From positions 28,460 to 92,459 of the forward strand of contig PHCI01000010.1 of the NCBI GenBank assembly GCA_002842205.1: DNA of 64,000 nucleotides, read 5' to 3'. Position 1 is the first letter of the stretch. Every line of letters starts with the position of its first letter. Below, in pieces: positions 30,367 through 41,472 of this stretch. The notes below the pieces were generated by a model that worked only from the letters and a program-made list of their open reading frames with translations, had not been told where the DNA came from and did no database searches. Origin of the DNA: Betaproteobacteria bacterium HGW-Betaproteobacteria-3. GTDB taxonomy: Bacteria > Pseudomonadota > Gammaproteobacteria > Burkholderiales > Burkholderiaceae_C. Made by a program: the position numbers and the translations under genes.

Positions 30367-32235
30367 TCAATCGCCGTCGAAGTTCAGTTCGACCGCAAGC
30401 GCAATCGCGGCCAGCCGCTCGCGCACGGCGTCCCGGACCGAAGCGTCGTCCCGGCCCGCCAACTGCAGCACCACGACCGTTCGTCCTGCGCGATCTTCGG
30501 CCCGCACGGCGACACAACCACCGCCTGCCAGGCCCTGCAGCATTTCGGCCAGTTTGATCTGCACCGCCTGCAGGCGCAGCGCGGGCTTGAAAACCTTGCC
30601 AATGGCGGTGACGGGCATCGCTTCGATCACGGTCACGCGCTTGGGCACCGCAGGGCGCTCGTACACCTGCGGCGCCACCGCCTGCAACAGGTCCTGAGCC
30701 TCAACGCGCATGCCCGGTTTGAGCGTGACAAACGCCACCGGCAGTTCACCCGCGTAGGCGTCGGGTTCGCCAACCACGGCGCACAGCGCCACCGCCGGAT
30801 GCGCCAGGAACGCCTCCTCCACCAGCGCCGGGTCGATGTTGTGTGCGCCCCGGATGATCACGTCCTTGGCGCGGCCGGTCACGTGAATGTAGCCCGCAGC
30901 GTCGATGTGCCCCAGATCGCCCGAGACCAACCAGTGGGCCTCGGGGCACGCCCCCGGCTCGCCTGCAAACATGCCGGCATTGCGCGCTGGATCGCTGTAA
31001 CCCGGGCTGACATGCGGGCCGCGCAGCACGATCACGCCGGTCTCGCCGGGCTGGCAGTTCTCCCCCAGTTGCGCCATGCCATCGCGCCAGCGCACGGCCC
31101 GCACGTCGGTGTAGGGCAGACGCAAGCCGGTGGAGCCCACAACCCGGGGGGCGGCCGCCGGTTCGATGGACACCAGACCCGCGCACTCGGTCATGCCCAG
31201 GATGTTGCGCACCGGAATGCCCAAACGGGTCTCGAACTGCGCCGCCAGTTCGCCAGGCAGCGGCGAACCGCCGGTGTAAGCCACGCGGATGCGTGAAATG
31301 TCGGCGTCCACCGGGGTATTGAGCAGCGTGGCCAGAATGGTGGGAACGCAGGCCAATGCGGTAACGCCCTCACGCTCGGCAAAGCGCCAGTAGCGCTGGA
31401 CAAATGCGGCGTTTCGCATGCCGCCGAGGGTGGGCAGCACCTGGATGGCGCCCACCGACAACAGCGCCAGGCCGTAAACGAAGGCCCCGGCCACATGGAA
31501 CAGCGGAAACCCGTTGACCTCGACCGTTTGCTCGTCAAAGCCGTAATACCGCGGCGCGAACGCGCTGGTGTGCGCTTCATTGCCATGGGTGTGCAACGCC
31601 AGTTTGGGGGCGCCGGTGGTGCCCCCGGTATGAAAGCAGGCGGCCACGCGGTCCGCCTGCAGTCCGGGGTCGAATGCCAGGGTCACGGCCTGTGCCTGCA
31701 AAGCCTGCTGAAATACCGGCACGCCCGCCACCACGTCATCGCCCACGGCGATCTGCAACACCGGCAAGGGTCTCAGCGCGAGCACCTGCTGCACCGTCGG
31801 CCACAGGTTGAGTTCGGCGTTGGGCGCCAGCGCCACGATGAGTTTGGCGCCCGCGGCCTCCAGCAACGCCGCGATATGGTCGGGCTGCAGCAGGTAGTTG
31901 ATCGGGCAGGCCCGTCCGGCCACCTGCGCACCCCACAACGCATAGTGCGTCTCGGGCATGTTGGGCGCCAGAATTGCCACCGTGTCGTCCGCTCCGATGC
32001 CCATCGCCCGGAACAGGTTGGCCGCCTGATGGATTCGCTCCAATAGGGTCTGGTAACTCACCCGTTGCGGCGGCGTGGAAAGCGCTGCATCGGGCAAGAA
32101 GCGCAGTGCGTCGCGCCCGGCAAAGCGTGCGGCCGCACCGGCGATCAGCCCGTAGGTCGTCGGCACCGGCACCCATCGGGCATAGGCTTGCGCCTCCAGG
32201 GCCTCGATGTCCGCCAGTGAAGCCACGAAGCTCAT
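30367..32235 (-). CDS. Acyl-CoA synthetase (AMP-binding)
   Basis: FHTGGTTGAPK, GMTE, SGDLG, GRAKDVIIRG, TAIGK. Confidence 0.9.
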   Translation of the reverse strand: MSFVASLADIEALEAQAYARWVPVPTTYGLIAGAAARFAGRDALRFLPDAALSTPPQRVSYQTLLERIHQAANLFRAMGIGADDTVAILAPNMPETHYALWGAQVAGRACPINYLLQPDHIAALLEAAGAKLIVALAPNAELNLWPTVQQVLALRPLPVLQIAVGDDVVAGVPVFQQALQAQAVTLAFDPGLQADRVAACFHTGGTTGAPKLALHTHGNEAHTSAFAPRYYGFDEQTVEVNGFPLFHVAGAFVYGLALLSVGAIQVLPTLGGMRNAAFVQRYWRFAEREGVTALACVPTILATLLNTPVDADISRIRVAYTGGSPLPGELAAQFETRLGIPVRNILGMTECAGLVSIEPAAAPRVVGSTGLRLPYTDVRAVRWRDGMAQLGENCQPGETGVIVLRGPHVSPGYSDPARNAGMFAGEPGACPEAHWLVSGDLGHIDAAGYIHVTGRAKDVIIRGAHNIDPALVEEAFLAHPAVALCAVVGEPDAYAGELPVAFVTLKPGMRVEAQDLLQAVAPQVYERPAVPKRVTVIEAMPVTAIGKVFKPALRLQAVQIKLAEMLQGLAGGGCVAVRAEDRAGRTVVVLQLAGRDDASVRDAVRERLAAIALAVELNFDGD

Positions 32236-33107
32236 GCGGGGGCCTGGTCCAGCTTGAGCAAGCGCACCGCGTTGCCTTTGAGGATGCCGGGCATCACCTC
32301 GGGCTTGAAGCCCGCCTCCTCAAAGTCCTTCATCCAGCGGTCGGGCGTGATGAGCGGGTAATCGCTGCCGAACAGCACACGGTCTTTGAGCAGCGTATTG
32401 GCGTACTGCACCAGTTGCTTCGGAAAGTACTTGGGGCTCCAGCCCGACAGGTCAATCCACACATTGGGCTTGTGCGTGGCCACGCTCAGTGCCTCGTCCT
32501 GCCACGGAAAGCTCGGGTGCGCCATGACAATCTGCATGTCGGGGAAATCGATGGCCACATCGTCCAGATGCATGGGGTTGGAATACTCCAGCCGCAGCCC
32601 GCCGCCACAACGCATGCCACTGCCAATGCCGCTGTGCCCGGTGTGAAAGATCGCGGGCAGACCGTGCGCGTTGATGACCTCGTAGATCGGCCAGGCCATC
32701 TTGTCATGGGGGTGGTACCCCTGCACCGTGGGATGAAACTTGAAGCCCCTGACCCCGTGCTCCCGAATCAACCGTTCGGCTTCCCGCGCGCCAAACTTTC
32801 CCTTGTGCGGATCGATGCTCGCAAAGGCCATCATCATGTCGCTGTTCTGGCGCGCCGCCTCGGCAATCTCTTCGTTGGGGATGCGACGGCGCCCCATCTG
32901 GGTCTCGGCGTCCACCGTGAACATGACCAGCCCGATCTTGCGCTCGCGGTAATGGGCAATCGTCTCCTGGATGGTCGGCCGCCGGTTCGAGCGGAAGTAC
33001 TTGTCGGCAGCGCGGTCGTACTCCTCGCCATAAGCATCAAACGGGTTCCAGCAGCTGACTTCGGCGTGGGTGTGAATGTCGATGGCAATGAGCTTGGTGT
33101 GGTCCAT
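32232..33107 (-). CDS. Amidohydrolase-2; probable hydroxyphenyl-beta-ketoacyl-CoA hydrolase (CouO/PhdC-like)
   Basis: IDIHTH, FKFHP, FHTGHSG, AHPSFPWQDEA, DLSGWSPKYF, FGSDYP; adjacent to feruloyl-CoA synthetase cluster. Confidence 0.8.
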   Translation of the reverse strand: MDHTKLIAIDIHTHAEVSCWNPFDAYGEEYDRAADKYFRSNRRPTIQETIAHYRERKIGLVMFTVDAETQMGRRRIPNEEIAEAARQNSDMMMAFASIDPHKGKFGAREAERLIREHGVRGFKFHPTVQGYHPHDKMAWPIYEVINAHGLPAIFHTGHSGIGSGMRCGGGLRLEYSNPMHLDDVAIDFPDMQIVMAHPSFPWQDEALSVATHKPNVWIDLSGWSPKYFPKQLVQYANTLLKDRVLFGSDYPLITPDRWMKDFEEAGFKPEVMPGILKGNAVRLLKLDQAPA

Positions 33108-33177
33108 GGGTACCTTTGTGGTCGGGTCGTTGAGCTAGGGTAAACACCGATAAAACAGGTTCGAGTGCAACTTGAAT

Positions 33178-33196
33178 TGGTTATATTTCATAACCA
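33178..33196. promoter_or_regulatory. MarR (CouR/FerC-like) operator palindrome
   Basis: TGGTTAT-atttc-ATAACCA perfect 7-5-7 inverted repeat between the divergent catabolic operons. Confidence 0.65.
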
Positions 33197-33223
33197 TAAT
33201 CGATCCATTCCAGGAAATCAACC

Positions 33224-34006
33224 ATGACAACCCCCGATCTGCATCTTGAATTTCTTGGCGAACAGCAGGAGGTGGCCGTGATCCGGCTGACCCGCGTCGC
33301 CAAGCGCAACGCGCTCAACGATGCCCTCATTCTGTCCATTCGCAACACGTTTGAAAACCTGCCCGCCACGGTACGTGCCGCCGTCATCGACGGGCAGGGA
33401 GACCACTTCTGCGCCGGGCTCGATCTGTCGGAGCTGACCGAGCGCGACGCAGGCCAGGGACTGCACCACTCGCGCATGTGGCACGCGGCACTCGAGCGTG
33501 TGCAGTTCGGTCCGGTGCCCGTGGTTGCCGCGCTGCATGGTGCGGTGGTCGGCGGCGGGCTGGAACTGGCCAGCGCGTGCCACATCCGCGTGGCCGACGA
33601 GACGGCTTTTTACGCGTTGCCCGAAGGCTCGCGCGGCATTTTCGTCGGCGGTGGCGGTGCCGTTCGCATCCCGCGCCTGATCGGCACGGCCCGCATGACC
33701 GACATGATGCTGACCGGCCGCGTCTACAACGCCGCTGACGGCGAACGCATTGGTCTGGCGCAATACCTGGTGCCAACGGGGCAGGCCTTTGCCAAGGCGC
33801 TGGAACTGGCCGAACGCGTGGCGCAAAACGCGCCCTTGACCAACTACGCGCTGATGCACGCCCTGCCGCGCATTGCCGAACAACCCGCCGACCAGGGCTA
33901 CCTGACCGAAGCCATGATGGCGGCCATCGCACAAAGCGCCCCCGAAGCCAAGGAGCGGGTACGCGCCTTCCTCGACGGCAAGGCCGCCAAGGTCAGCAAG
34001 GATTGA
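33224..34006 (+). CDS. Enoyl-CoA hydratase/crotonase
   Basis: KRNALN, FCAGLDL, GGGLEL, LPE motifs. Confidence 0.9.
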   Translation: MTTPDLHLEFLGEQQEVAVIRLTRVAKRNALNDALILSIRNTFENLPATVRAAVIDGQGDHFCAGLDLSELTERDAGQGLHHSRMWHAALERVQFGPVPVVAALHGAVVGGGLELASACHIRVADETAFYALPEGSRGIFVGGGGAVRIPRLIGTARMTDMMLTGRVYNAADGERIGLAQYLVPTGQAFAKALELAERVAQNAPLTNYALMHALPRIAEQPADQGYLTEAMMAAIAQSAPEAKERVRAFLDGKAAKVSKD

Positions 34007-34065
34007 TGCCGCCGCACGGCGACCCGGCGGCGCTCCATGCTCCCGAAAAAAACACGGCCCGAACC

Positions 34066-35931
34066 ATGCACGAGACCACCCCTCCCCGCTATCGCCCCCT
34101 GAAGTTCGGCGTGACACGCGCCACGCTGCGCGACGGCGCCCCCGACACGCATTACCTGCGCGCCGACCAGGATCTGCCGCCCTTTGCGGAACGCATCACC
34201 GACCGCCTGGTGCACTGGGCGAACGAGCGCCCCGATCAGACCCTGTTTGCGCAGCGCGTGAAAAACGCCGATGGCAGCACGGGCGACTGGCGCCACATCA
34301 GCTTCGCGCAGGCACTCGACGCGGCGCGCCGCATCGGCCAGGCCCTGCTCGACCGGGGCCTGAGTGCGGAGCGCCCGGTGCTGATCCTGAGCGAAAACGA
34401 TCTGGACCACGCACTGCTCGCCCTGGGGTGCCTGTACGCCGGTGTTGCGTATTGCCCCACATCGCCACCCTACTCCCTGATCAGCCAGGACTTCGACAAG
34501 CTGCACCACGTGGTCAAGACCCTCACGCCCGGCCTGGTGTTCGCGAACGACGCCCAACGATACAGCCGCGCCATCCTGGCCACGCTGGGGCAAGAGGTTG
34601 AAGTCGTCACCCGCACAGGCGCCGTTCCCGGACGCAGCACCACAGCCTTTGCCACCTTGCTGGGCACCGAACCCACTCTGGCCGTGGACGCCGCCATGCA
34701 GGCCACCGGCCCTGACACCATCACCAAATTCCTGTTCACCTCCGGCTCGACCAAGATGCCCAAGGCGGTGATCAATACACAGCGCATGTGGTGCGCCAAC
34801 CAGCAGCAGATGGTCGAGTCCATGCCGGTGCTGGCCGACGGCCCGCTGGTGCTGGTGGACTGGCTGCCCTGGAACCACACCTTTGGCGGCAACCACAACT
34901 TCGGCATGGTGATCTACCACGGCGGAACGCTCTACATCGACGACGGCAAGCCCACCCCTGCGCTCATGGCCGAGACGTTGCGCAACCTGCGCGAGATCGC
35001 GCCCACCGTGTATTTCAACGTGCCCACCGGTTTTGAGGCCATTGCCAACGCCATGAAGGCCGACACGCCATTGCGCCAGACACTGCTGTCGCGGGTGAAG
35101 ATGTTCTTTTACGCTGGCGCCGCGCTGGCGCAGCCGGTGTGGGACAGCCTGTTTGAAAGCGCTGAGCGCGAAATTGGCCAGCGGGTCGTCATGAGCACCG
35201 GTCTGGGCATGACCGAGTCCGGCCCGTTCGGCATTTTTGTGACCAGCCCCAACGTGAAAGCGGGAGACCTGGGGCTGCCGACGCCCGGCCTGGAACTCAA
35301 GCTGGTCGACGTTGAAGGTAAAACCGAGGTGCGCTACAAAGGCCCCAACATCACGCCCGGCTACTGGCGCATGCCCGCCGAGACTGACGAAGCCTTTGAC
35401 GAAGAAGGCTTCTTCAAGACTGGCGACGCCGTGAAATGGATCGACGAGACCGACATTCATCTGGGTTTGAAGTTTGACGGGCGCATCGCCGAAGACTTCA
35501 AGCTCGCCACCGGAACCTTCGTGAGCGTGGGGCCACTGCGCGCGCGAATCATCGCTGCCGGGGCACCCTACATCCAGGACGTGGTGTTGACCGGCATCAA
35601 CCTGAAAGAGGTGGGCGCCATGGTGTTCCCCACCGCCGCCGTGCGTCAACTGAGCGGCCTGACGGCCGACGCGTCGTTGCACGACGTGCTCAACAGCCCG
35701 CAGGTGCTGGCGCATTTCCAGCGCGTGGTGAACGAATTGGCGCGCACCGCCACCGGCAGTGCCAACCGCATCGCCCGCCTGTGCCTGCTGGCCGACCCGC
35801 CCACCATCGACCGCGGCGAGATCACCGACAAGGGCTCGATCAACCAGCGTGCAGTGCTCGCGCACCGGGCTGACACCGTGGCTCAGTTGCACAGTGACGC
35901 GTTGCATGCCATTTTGAAACCCCAGCCCTGA
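34066..35931 (+). CDS. fcs: Feruloyl-CoA synthetase-like ligase
   Basis: FLFTSGSTKMPK, DWLPWNHTFGG, FNVP, DGRIAEDFKL, EITDKGSINQ; start 34066 inferred. Confidence 0.85.
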   Translation: MHETTPPRYRPLKFGVTRATLRDGAPDTHYLRADQDLPPFAERITDRLVHWANERPDQTLFAQRVKNADGSTGDWRHISFAQALDAARRIGQALLDRGLSAERPVLILSENDLDHALLALGCLYAGVAYCPTSPPYSLISQDFDKLHHVVKTLTPGLVFANDAQRYSRAILATLGQEVEVVTRTGAVPGRSTTAFATLLGTEPTLAVDAAMQATGPDTITKFLFTSGSTKMPKAVINTQRMWCANQQQMVESMPVLADGPLVLVDWLPWNHTFGGNHNFGMVIYHGGTLYIDDGKPTPALMAETLRNLREIAPTVYFNVPTGFEAIANAMKADTPLRQTLLSRVKMFFYAGAALAQPVWDSLFESAEREIGQRVVMSTGLGMTESGPFGIFVTSPNVKAGDLGLPTPGLELKLVDVEGKTEVRYKGPNITPGYWRMPAETDEAFDEEGFFKTGDAVKWIDETDIHLGLKFDGRIAEDFKLATGTFVSVGPLRARIIAAGAPYIQDVVLTGINLKEVGAMVFPTAAVRQLSGLTADASLHDVLNSPQVLAHFQRVVNELARTATGSANRIARLCLLADPPTIDRGEITDKGSINQRAVLAHRADTVAQLHSDALHAILKPQP

Positions 35932-35945
35932 AAGAAACGAAAACC

Positions 35946-36179
35946 ATGGCCCACCGAGGTTTCTTCAACGCATTCAACGACGTCTGGCTGCTCGACGGCG
36001 TGCGCACCCCCATGGTCGATTACTGTGGCGCGCTGGGTCACATCTCGCCCACCGACCTGGGCATCAAGGTCGCGCGCGAGGCCCTGCGGCGCTCGGGCCT
36101 GCGTTATGGCATTGCCAGCGCCTGCGTGGGCGGCGGCCAGGGCATTGCGCTGCGGATCGAAAACGCCAAAGCGGTCTGA
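35946..36179 (+). pseudogene. Thiolase remnant with large in-frame internal deletion
   Basis: Thiolase N-terminus (DVWLLDGVRTP...TDLG) fused directly to thiolase C-terminus (RYGIASACVGGGQGIAL); only 77 aa. Confidence 0.88.
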
Positions 36180-36201
36180 ATTTTTTTACAAGGAATCCAC
36201 C

Positions 36202-36966
36202 ATGAACATCCAGGGACAGGCCGCACTCGTCACCGGCGGCGGCTCAGGCCTCGGCGAAGCCACCGCCCGCGAACTTGCGCGGCTGGGTGCCCGGGTGGCC
36301 GTGCTTGACGTCCATCTCGAAAACGCCCGACGGGTGGCGGCCGACATTGGTGGCGTGGCGTGCGCTTGCGACATCACCGACACCGACAGTCTGCAAGCCG
36401 CGATGGATGCCGCCGCCGCGGCGCATGGCCCGGCCCGCATCCTGATGAACATCGCCGGAATCGGCGGTGCGCGACGCCTGGTTGGCAAGGACGGAAGCCC
36501 CGCACCGCTGGACGACTTTGCCAGGGTGGTCCACGTGAACCTCATTGGCACCTACAACGCCAGCCGCCTGTTTGCCGCGGCCTGCGCGAAGCTTGATCCG
36601 CTGGAAGACGGCGAGCGAGGCGTGATGATGTTCACGGCCAGCGTCGCCGCGTTCGACGGGCAGGTGGGCCAGCAGGCCTACAGCGCCTCCAAGGGTGGGC
36701 TGGTGGGCATGACACTGCCCATGGCGCGCGACCTGGCGCAGCACGGCATCCGCGTCTGCACCATCGCACCGGGCCTGTTCAGCACGCCGCTGATGAAGCA
36801 GTTGCCCGAACCGGTGCAGGCCTCGCTTGCCGCCAGCATCCCCTTCCCGTCCCGGTTGGGAAAACCGGAAGAGTTCGCCCAACTCGCTGCGCATATCGTG
36901 ACCAACACCCACCTCAATGGCGAGGTCATCCGCCTTGACGGCGCCCTGCGGATGGCCCCGCGCTGA
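36202..36966 (+). CDS. SDR, type II 3-hydroxyacyl-CoA dehydrogenase-like
   Basis: TGGGSGLG, ASVAAFDGQVGQQAYSASKGG, NGEVIRLDGALRM. Confidence 0.9.
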   Translation: MNIQGQAALVTGGGSGLGEATARELARLGARVAVLDVHLENARRVAADIGGVACACDITDTDSLQAAMDAAAAAHGPARILMNIAGIGGARRLVGKDGSPAPLDDFARVVHVNLIGTYNASRLFAAACAKLDPLEDGERGVMMFTASVAAFDGQVGQQAYSASKGGLVGMTLPMARDLAQHGIRVCTIAPGLFSTPLMKQLPEPVQASLAASIPFPSRLGKPEEFAQLAAHIVTNTHLNGEVIRLDGALRMAPR

Positions 36967-36976
36967 AAGACAATCC

Positions 36977-37408
36977 ATGAGCGAGAGTACGCCCAGGACC
37001 GTGACTTACGAAGTCGAAGTGATGTTCGGCGACTGCGATCCGGCCGGCATTGTTTTCTTCCCGAACTTTTCCAAGTGGATGGACGCATCGTCGCTCAACT
37101 TCTTTGTCCAGTGTGGCGTGCCGCCGTGGCGTGAACTGGTCAAGACCACCGGCATCATCGGCACGCCACTGCTCGAAATCCACACCCGTTTTTTGCGCCC
37201 TGCCACCTATGGCGAGCGGCTTCAGGTCCACACCAGCGTGATCGAATGGCGCGACAAGGTGCTGATCCACCGGCACGTCGTCCAGCGCGGTGACGAGGTG
37301 CTGTGCGAAGGCACCGAAACCCGCGCCTTCTGCATGCACGACCCGGCCAATCCCGACCGGATCAAGGCCATTCCGATTCCCGCCGACATCAAGGCGCGCT
37401 GCACTTGA
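36977..37408 (+). CDS. 4-hydroxybenzoyl-CoA thioesterase-like hotdog protein
   Basis: FGDCDPAGIVFFPNF motif. Confidence 0.88.
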   Translation: MSESTPRTVTYEVEVMFGDCDPAGIVFFPNFSKWMDASSLNFFVQCGVPPWRELVKTTGIIGTPLLEIHTRFLRPATYGERLQVHTSVIEWRDKVLIHRHVVQRGDEVLCEGTETRAFCMHDPANPDRIKAIPIPADIKARCT

Positions 37409-37454
37409 TGCCCCCTGTTCCCCGTTCACCAACCCCCTGTAGGAGACGCAAACC

Positions 37455-38588
37455 ATGAAATCCGTCAAAACCCTGATCGCCGCCGCCGTTGCCGTGCTTG
37501 CCGCAGGCGCCGCGCAGGCCGACATCAACATCGGCGTCAGCCTGGCGCTCACTGGCCCGGGCTCGGGCCTTGGCATTCCGATGCAGAACCAGTTCAAGCT
37601 GTTCCCCAAAACCATCGGCGGCGAGAAGGTCAACCTCATCGTGCTGGACGACGCCACCGACCCCGGCAAGGGCGCCGCGAACGCGCGCCGTTTTGTCACT
37701 GAAGACAAGGTCGACATGATCATCGGCTCGTGCATCACGGCGGTCGCGGCCGCCATGAGCGACATCGCGTCCGAAGCCGGCACCGTCCAGCTTGCCGCCT
37801 CGCCTGTGGGCCTGCCGCCCGGCAAGGACAAATGGGTGTTCCGCCTGCCGCAGTCGAACACCGTCATGGGCCACGCGGTGGTCGAGCACATGAAAAAGCA
37901 GGGCGTCAAGACGCTGGGCTTCCTGGGCTACACCGACGCCTATGGCGAGCAGTGGCTCAAGGAAAGCGCCCCACTGCTGGAACAAGCCGGCATCAAAGTG
38001 GTGGCCATCGAGCGCTTTGCCCGCACCGACACCAGCGTGACACCGCAGGCGCTCAAGATCAATGCCGCCAACCCCGACGCGGTGCTGATCGTGGCGTCGG
38101 GCAGCGGCGCCGCCATGCCCCACATGGCCATGATCGACCGTGGCTACAAGGGCAAAATTTACCAGACGCACGCCGCCGCCACGCAAGACCTGATGCGCGT
38201 GGGTGGCAAAGCGGTGGAAGGCGCGTTCGTGGTGTCCGGCCCGGCGGTGATTGCCGAGCAGTTGCCCGACAGCCATCCGTCCAAAAAGGTGGCCATCGAT
38301 TTCGTGCAGAAGTACGAAAAATCCGTGGGCGCCGGTCTGCGCAACCAGTTTGCCGGGCACGCCTACGACGCCCAGATCACCCTGGAAAAGGTGATCCCGG
38401 TGGCCCTCAAGAAGGCCAAGCCGGGCACGCCCGAGTTTCGCGCCGCCCTGCGTGACGGCATGGAAACCATGGGCCGCACCATCTTCTCGCACGGCGTCAT
38501 GAACTGGACGGCGACTGACCACTGGGGCTTCACCAACGAGACCGGTGTGATGCTCAAGGTGGTCGACGGCAAGTTCAAGGTCGAATAA
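37455..38588 (+). CDS. ABC transporter substrate-binding protein (Liv/HAAT family, aromatic acid)
   Basis: Signal peptide, LALTGP, LDDATDP, DAYGE. Confidence 0.9.
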   Translation: MKSVKTLIAAAVAVLAAGAAQADINIGVSLALTGPGSGLGIPMQNQFKLFPKTIGGEKVNLIVLDDATDPGKGAANARRFVTEDKVDMIIGSCITAVAAAMSDIASEAGTVQLAASPVGLPPGKDKWVFRLPQSNTVMGHAVVEHMKKQGVKTLGFLGYTDAYGEQWLKESAPLLEQAGIKVVAIERFARTDTSVTPQALKINAANPDAVLIVASGSGAAMPHMAMIDRGYKGKIYQTHAAATQDLMRVGGKAVEGAFVVSGPAVIAEQLPDSHPSKKVAIDFVQKYEKSVGAGLRNQFAGHAYDAQITLEKVIPVALKKAKPGTPEFRAALRDGMETMGRTIFSHGVMNWTATDHWGFTNETGVMLKVVDGKFKVE

Positions 38589-38596
38589 GGCAGTCC

Positions 38597-39634
38597 ATGG
38601 ATTTCTCCATCGCCAGCATCCTGCTGCTGGACGGACTGACCAACGGCGCCGTGTACGCCCTGCTGGGGCTGGCCACGGTGCTGGTCTTCACCGTCACACG
38701 GGTCATCTTCATCCCCCAGGGGGAGTTCGTCGCCTACGGCGCGCTCACGCTGGCCATTTTCCAGACCGGCCGGGTGCCGGGCACCGTATGGTTGCTGCTG
38801 CTGCTGGCCGCGATGGCGGCATGGATGGAGTTCTGGGGCCGCTGGCAGCACCATCGCCAGGCCGTGCGTGCCTTCAAGGCCGCCGCCAGGACACTGGCAC
38901 TGCCCGTGCTGGTGTCGGCGGTGTCCATCTGGGCCGCGCCCCGGCAGTTTCCGCTGGCCGTTCAGGCGGCCCTCAGCGTGGCCATCGTCACGGTCTACGG
39001 CCCGCTGGTGTACCGCGTGGCGTACCAGTCTCTGGAAAGTGCCACCCCGCTGGTGCTGCTGATTGTCTCGGTTGGCGTGCACTTCGCCATGACCGGACTG
39101 GGCCTGGTGTTCTTCGGCGCCGAGGGCTTTCGCAACCCGAACTTCTGGGATCTGCGGCTCAACATCGGCCCGGTGATGCTGTCCGGGCAAACCATCATTA
39201 CCGCTCTGGCCACCCTCGCACTCATCGTGCTGCTATGGCTGTATTTCGAGCGTTCGCTGCGCGGCAAGGCCCTGCGCGCCACGGCCGTCAACCGCACCGG
39301 CGCGCGCCTGATGGGCATTTCATCGCATGCCTCGGGGCAACTCACCTTCACCATGGCTGCGTTCATTGGCGCCCTCTCGGGGCTGCTGATCGGCCCGACC
39401 ACCACGGTGTTTTACGACTCGGGCTTCCTGATCGGTCTCAAGGGGTTCGTCGCGGCCGTGGCAGCGGGACTCTCCAGCTATCCGGGGGCCCTGGTGGCAG
39501 CCCTGTTTGTCGGCGTGATCGAAGCCTTCGGCTCCTTCTGGGCCAGCGCCTTCAAGGAAGTGATCGTGTTCACGCTGATCCTGCCGGTCTTGCTGTTCCG
39601 TTCATTGCGCAGCGGCCATTCGGACGAGGAGTGA
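38597..39634 (+). CDS. ABC transporter permease (LivH-like)
   Basis: [29 protein letters not shown]. Confidence 0.9.
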   Translation: MDFSIASILLLDGLTNGAVYALLGLATVLVFTVTRVIFIPQGEFVAYGALTLAIFQTGRVPGTVWLLLLLAAMAAWMEFWGRWQHHRQAVRAFKAAARTLALPVLVSAVSIWAAPRQFPLAVQAALSVAIVTVYGPLVYRVAYQSLESATPLVLLIVSVGVHFAMTGLGLVFFGAEGFRNPNFWDLRLNIGPVMLSGQTIITALATLALIVLLWLYFERSLRGKALRATAVNRTGARLMGISSHASGQLTFTMAAFIGALSGLLIGPTTTVFYDSGFLIGLKGFVAAVAAGLSSYPGALVAALFVGVIEAFGSFWASAFKEVIVFTLILPVLLFRSLRSGHSDEE

Positions 39635-39686
39635 GCATGTCGCACGCCCCCTGTCGTCAGATCCTTTCGCATTGCCGGGCACTCCC

Positions 39687-41456
39687 ATGTTGAATTTTCA
39701 AACCAAAGGCCTGCTGGGGCTGGTGGTGGCGATCCCGCTGATCGCCGCACTCCCCCTGCCCGATTTCTGGATCACCCAGCTCAACTACATCGGCATGTAC
39801 AGCATCACGGTGCTGGGGCTGGTACTGCTCACGGGGGTCGGCGGGCTGACCTCATTCGGACAGGCGGCGTTCGTCGGCATTGGCGCCTACGCCACGGCCT
39901 GGCTCACGCTCAACACAGGCATCTCCCCCTGGCTCACGCTGTTCATCGGCATGGGCCTCACGGCCGGCAGCGCGCTGCTGGTGGGCCTGATCACGTTGCG
40001 CATGTCGGGCCACTACCTGCCGCTGGCCACCATCGCCTGGGGGCTTTCGCTGTATTACCTCATGGGCAACCTGGACGCCCTGGGCAAATACGATGGCCTG
40101 CTGGGGCTGCGGAGCCTGTCCATCGGCGACTTCGACATCGGCCAGGGCCGCGCATTCTTTATGCTGACCTGGATCGTTCTGGTGATGCTGTCCGCGGCCG
40201 TGCTGCACTTGCTTGATTCACGTGCCGGCCGTGCCATCCGCGCGCTCAAGGGCGGCTCGCAGATGGCCGAAGCCATGGGCGTCAACACCTTCCGCTACAA
40301 GGTCACCATCTTCGTGCTGGCGGCGCTGTTGGCCTCGATCGCGGGCTGGCTGCTCGCGCACTTCCAACGAACGGTCAATCCGTCGGCTTTCGGTCTGAAG
40401 ATGGGCATCGAGTACCTCTTCATGGCCGTGGTCGGCGGCGTGGGGTATGTGTGGGGCGCCATCGTCGGGGCCGGCCTGATCCGTCTGCTGGACGACCAGT
40501 TGCAGGTGCTGCTGCCCCGGCTGATGGGTACCAGCGGCAGCTACGAGGTGATCGTGTTCGGCGTGGCGCTGGTGGCGCTTCTGAAATACCTGCCCGACGG
40601 GTTGTGGTCGATGGTCGACAAGCGGCTACCGCGGCGCCCACGCCGGACCGACTGGGCCCACGCGGCCGACCTGCCCGTGCGCCAGCGGCCCACCCCGGGC
40701 GAGCCGGTGCTGGAGGTGCAGGCGATCCGCAAGCAGTTCGGGGGCCTGACGGCCGTCAACGACATCAGTTTCGAGATCCGCGCCGGGCAGATCGTCGGTC
40801 TGATCGGCCCGAACGGGGCTGGCAAATCCACCACCTTCAACCTGGTCACGGGCGTGCTCGCGCTCACCCGCGGGCAGGTGCGCTACCGCGGCGAGGCCAT
40901 TGCGGGCCTGTCTTCGCGCGATATCTCCAGAAAAGGCATGGCGCGCACCTTCCAGCACGTCAAGATGATCCCCGACATGACGGTGCTGGAAAACGTGGCC
41001 CTGGGCGCCTACAGCCGCGGCCACAAGGGCGTGATCGCCGCCATGCTGGGCCTCAACCGGGCGGAGGAACAGAGGCTGTTCAAGGAAGCCCAGCGCCAGC
41101 TGGAGCGCATCGGCATGGGCGAGGCCCTGCACGAGCAGGCCGGCAATCTGGCCATGGGCCCGCAGCGCCTGATGGAGATCGCCCGCGCCTTGTGTGCCGA
41201 CCCGGCGCTGCTGCTGCTGGACGAGCCCGCCGCCGGCCTTCGCCACAAGGAAAAGCAGGCGCTGGCCGACGTGCTGCGCCAGCTCAAATCCGAAGGCATC
41301 AGCATCCTGCTGGTCGAGCACGACATGGACCTGGTCATGCAGATCTGCGACCACCTCGTGGTGATGGAGTTCGGCACCTTGCTGACCCAGGGCACACCCG
41401 CGCAAGTGCAACAAGATCCGAAGGTACGCGCCGCCTACCTCGGTACCGACCACTGA
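39687..41456 (+). CDS. Fused permease (LivM) + ATP-binding (LivG) subunit
   Basis: N-terminal TM domain (SFGQAAF); C-terminal [18 protein letters not shown]. Confidence 0.9.
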   Translation: MLNFQTKGLLGLVVAIPLIAALPLPDFWITQLNYIGMYSITVLGLVLLTGVGGLTSFGQAAFVGIGAYATAWLTLNTGISPWLTLFIGMGLTAGSALLVGLITLRMSGHYLPLATIAWGLSLYYLMGNLDALGKYDGLLGLRSLSIGDFDIGQGRAFFMLTWIVLVMLSAAVLHLLDSRAGRAIRALKGGSQMAEAMGVNTFRYKVTIFVLAALLASIAGWLLAHFQRTVNPSAFGLKMGIEYLFMAVVGGVGYVWGAIVGAGLIRLLDDQLQVLLPRLMGTSGSYEVIVFGVALVALLKYLPDGLWSMVDKRLPRRPRRTDWAHAADLPVRQRPTPGEPVLEVQAIRKQFGGLTAVNDISFEIRAGQIVGLIGPNGAGKSTTFNLVTGVLALTRGQVRYRGEAIAGLSSRDISRKGMARTFQHVKMIPDMTVLENVALGAYSRGHKGVIAAMLGLNRAEEQRLFKEAQRQLERIGMGEALHEQAGNLAMGPQRLMEIARALCADPALLLLDEPAAGLRHKEKQALADVLRQLKSEGISILLVEHDMDLVMQICDHLVVMEFGTLLTQGTPAQVQQDPKVRAAYLGTDH

Positions 41457-41472
41457 GCCGCGGAGAACACCC

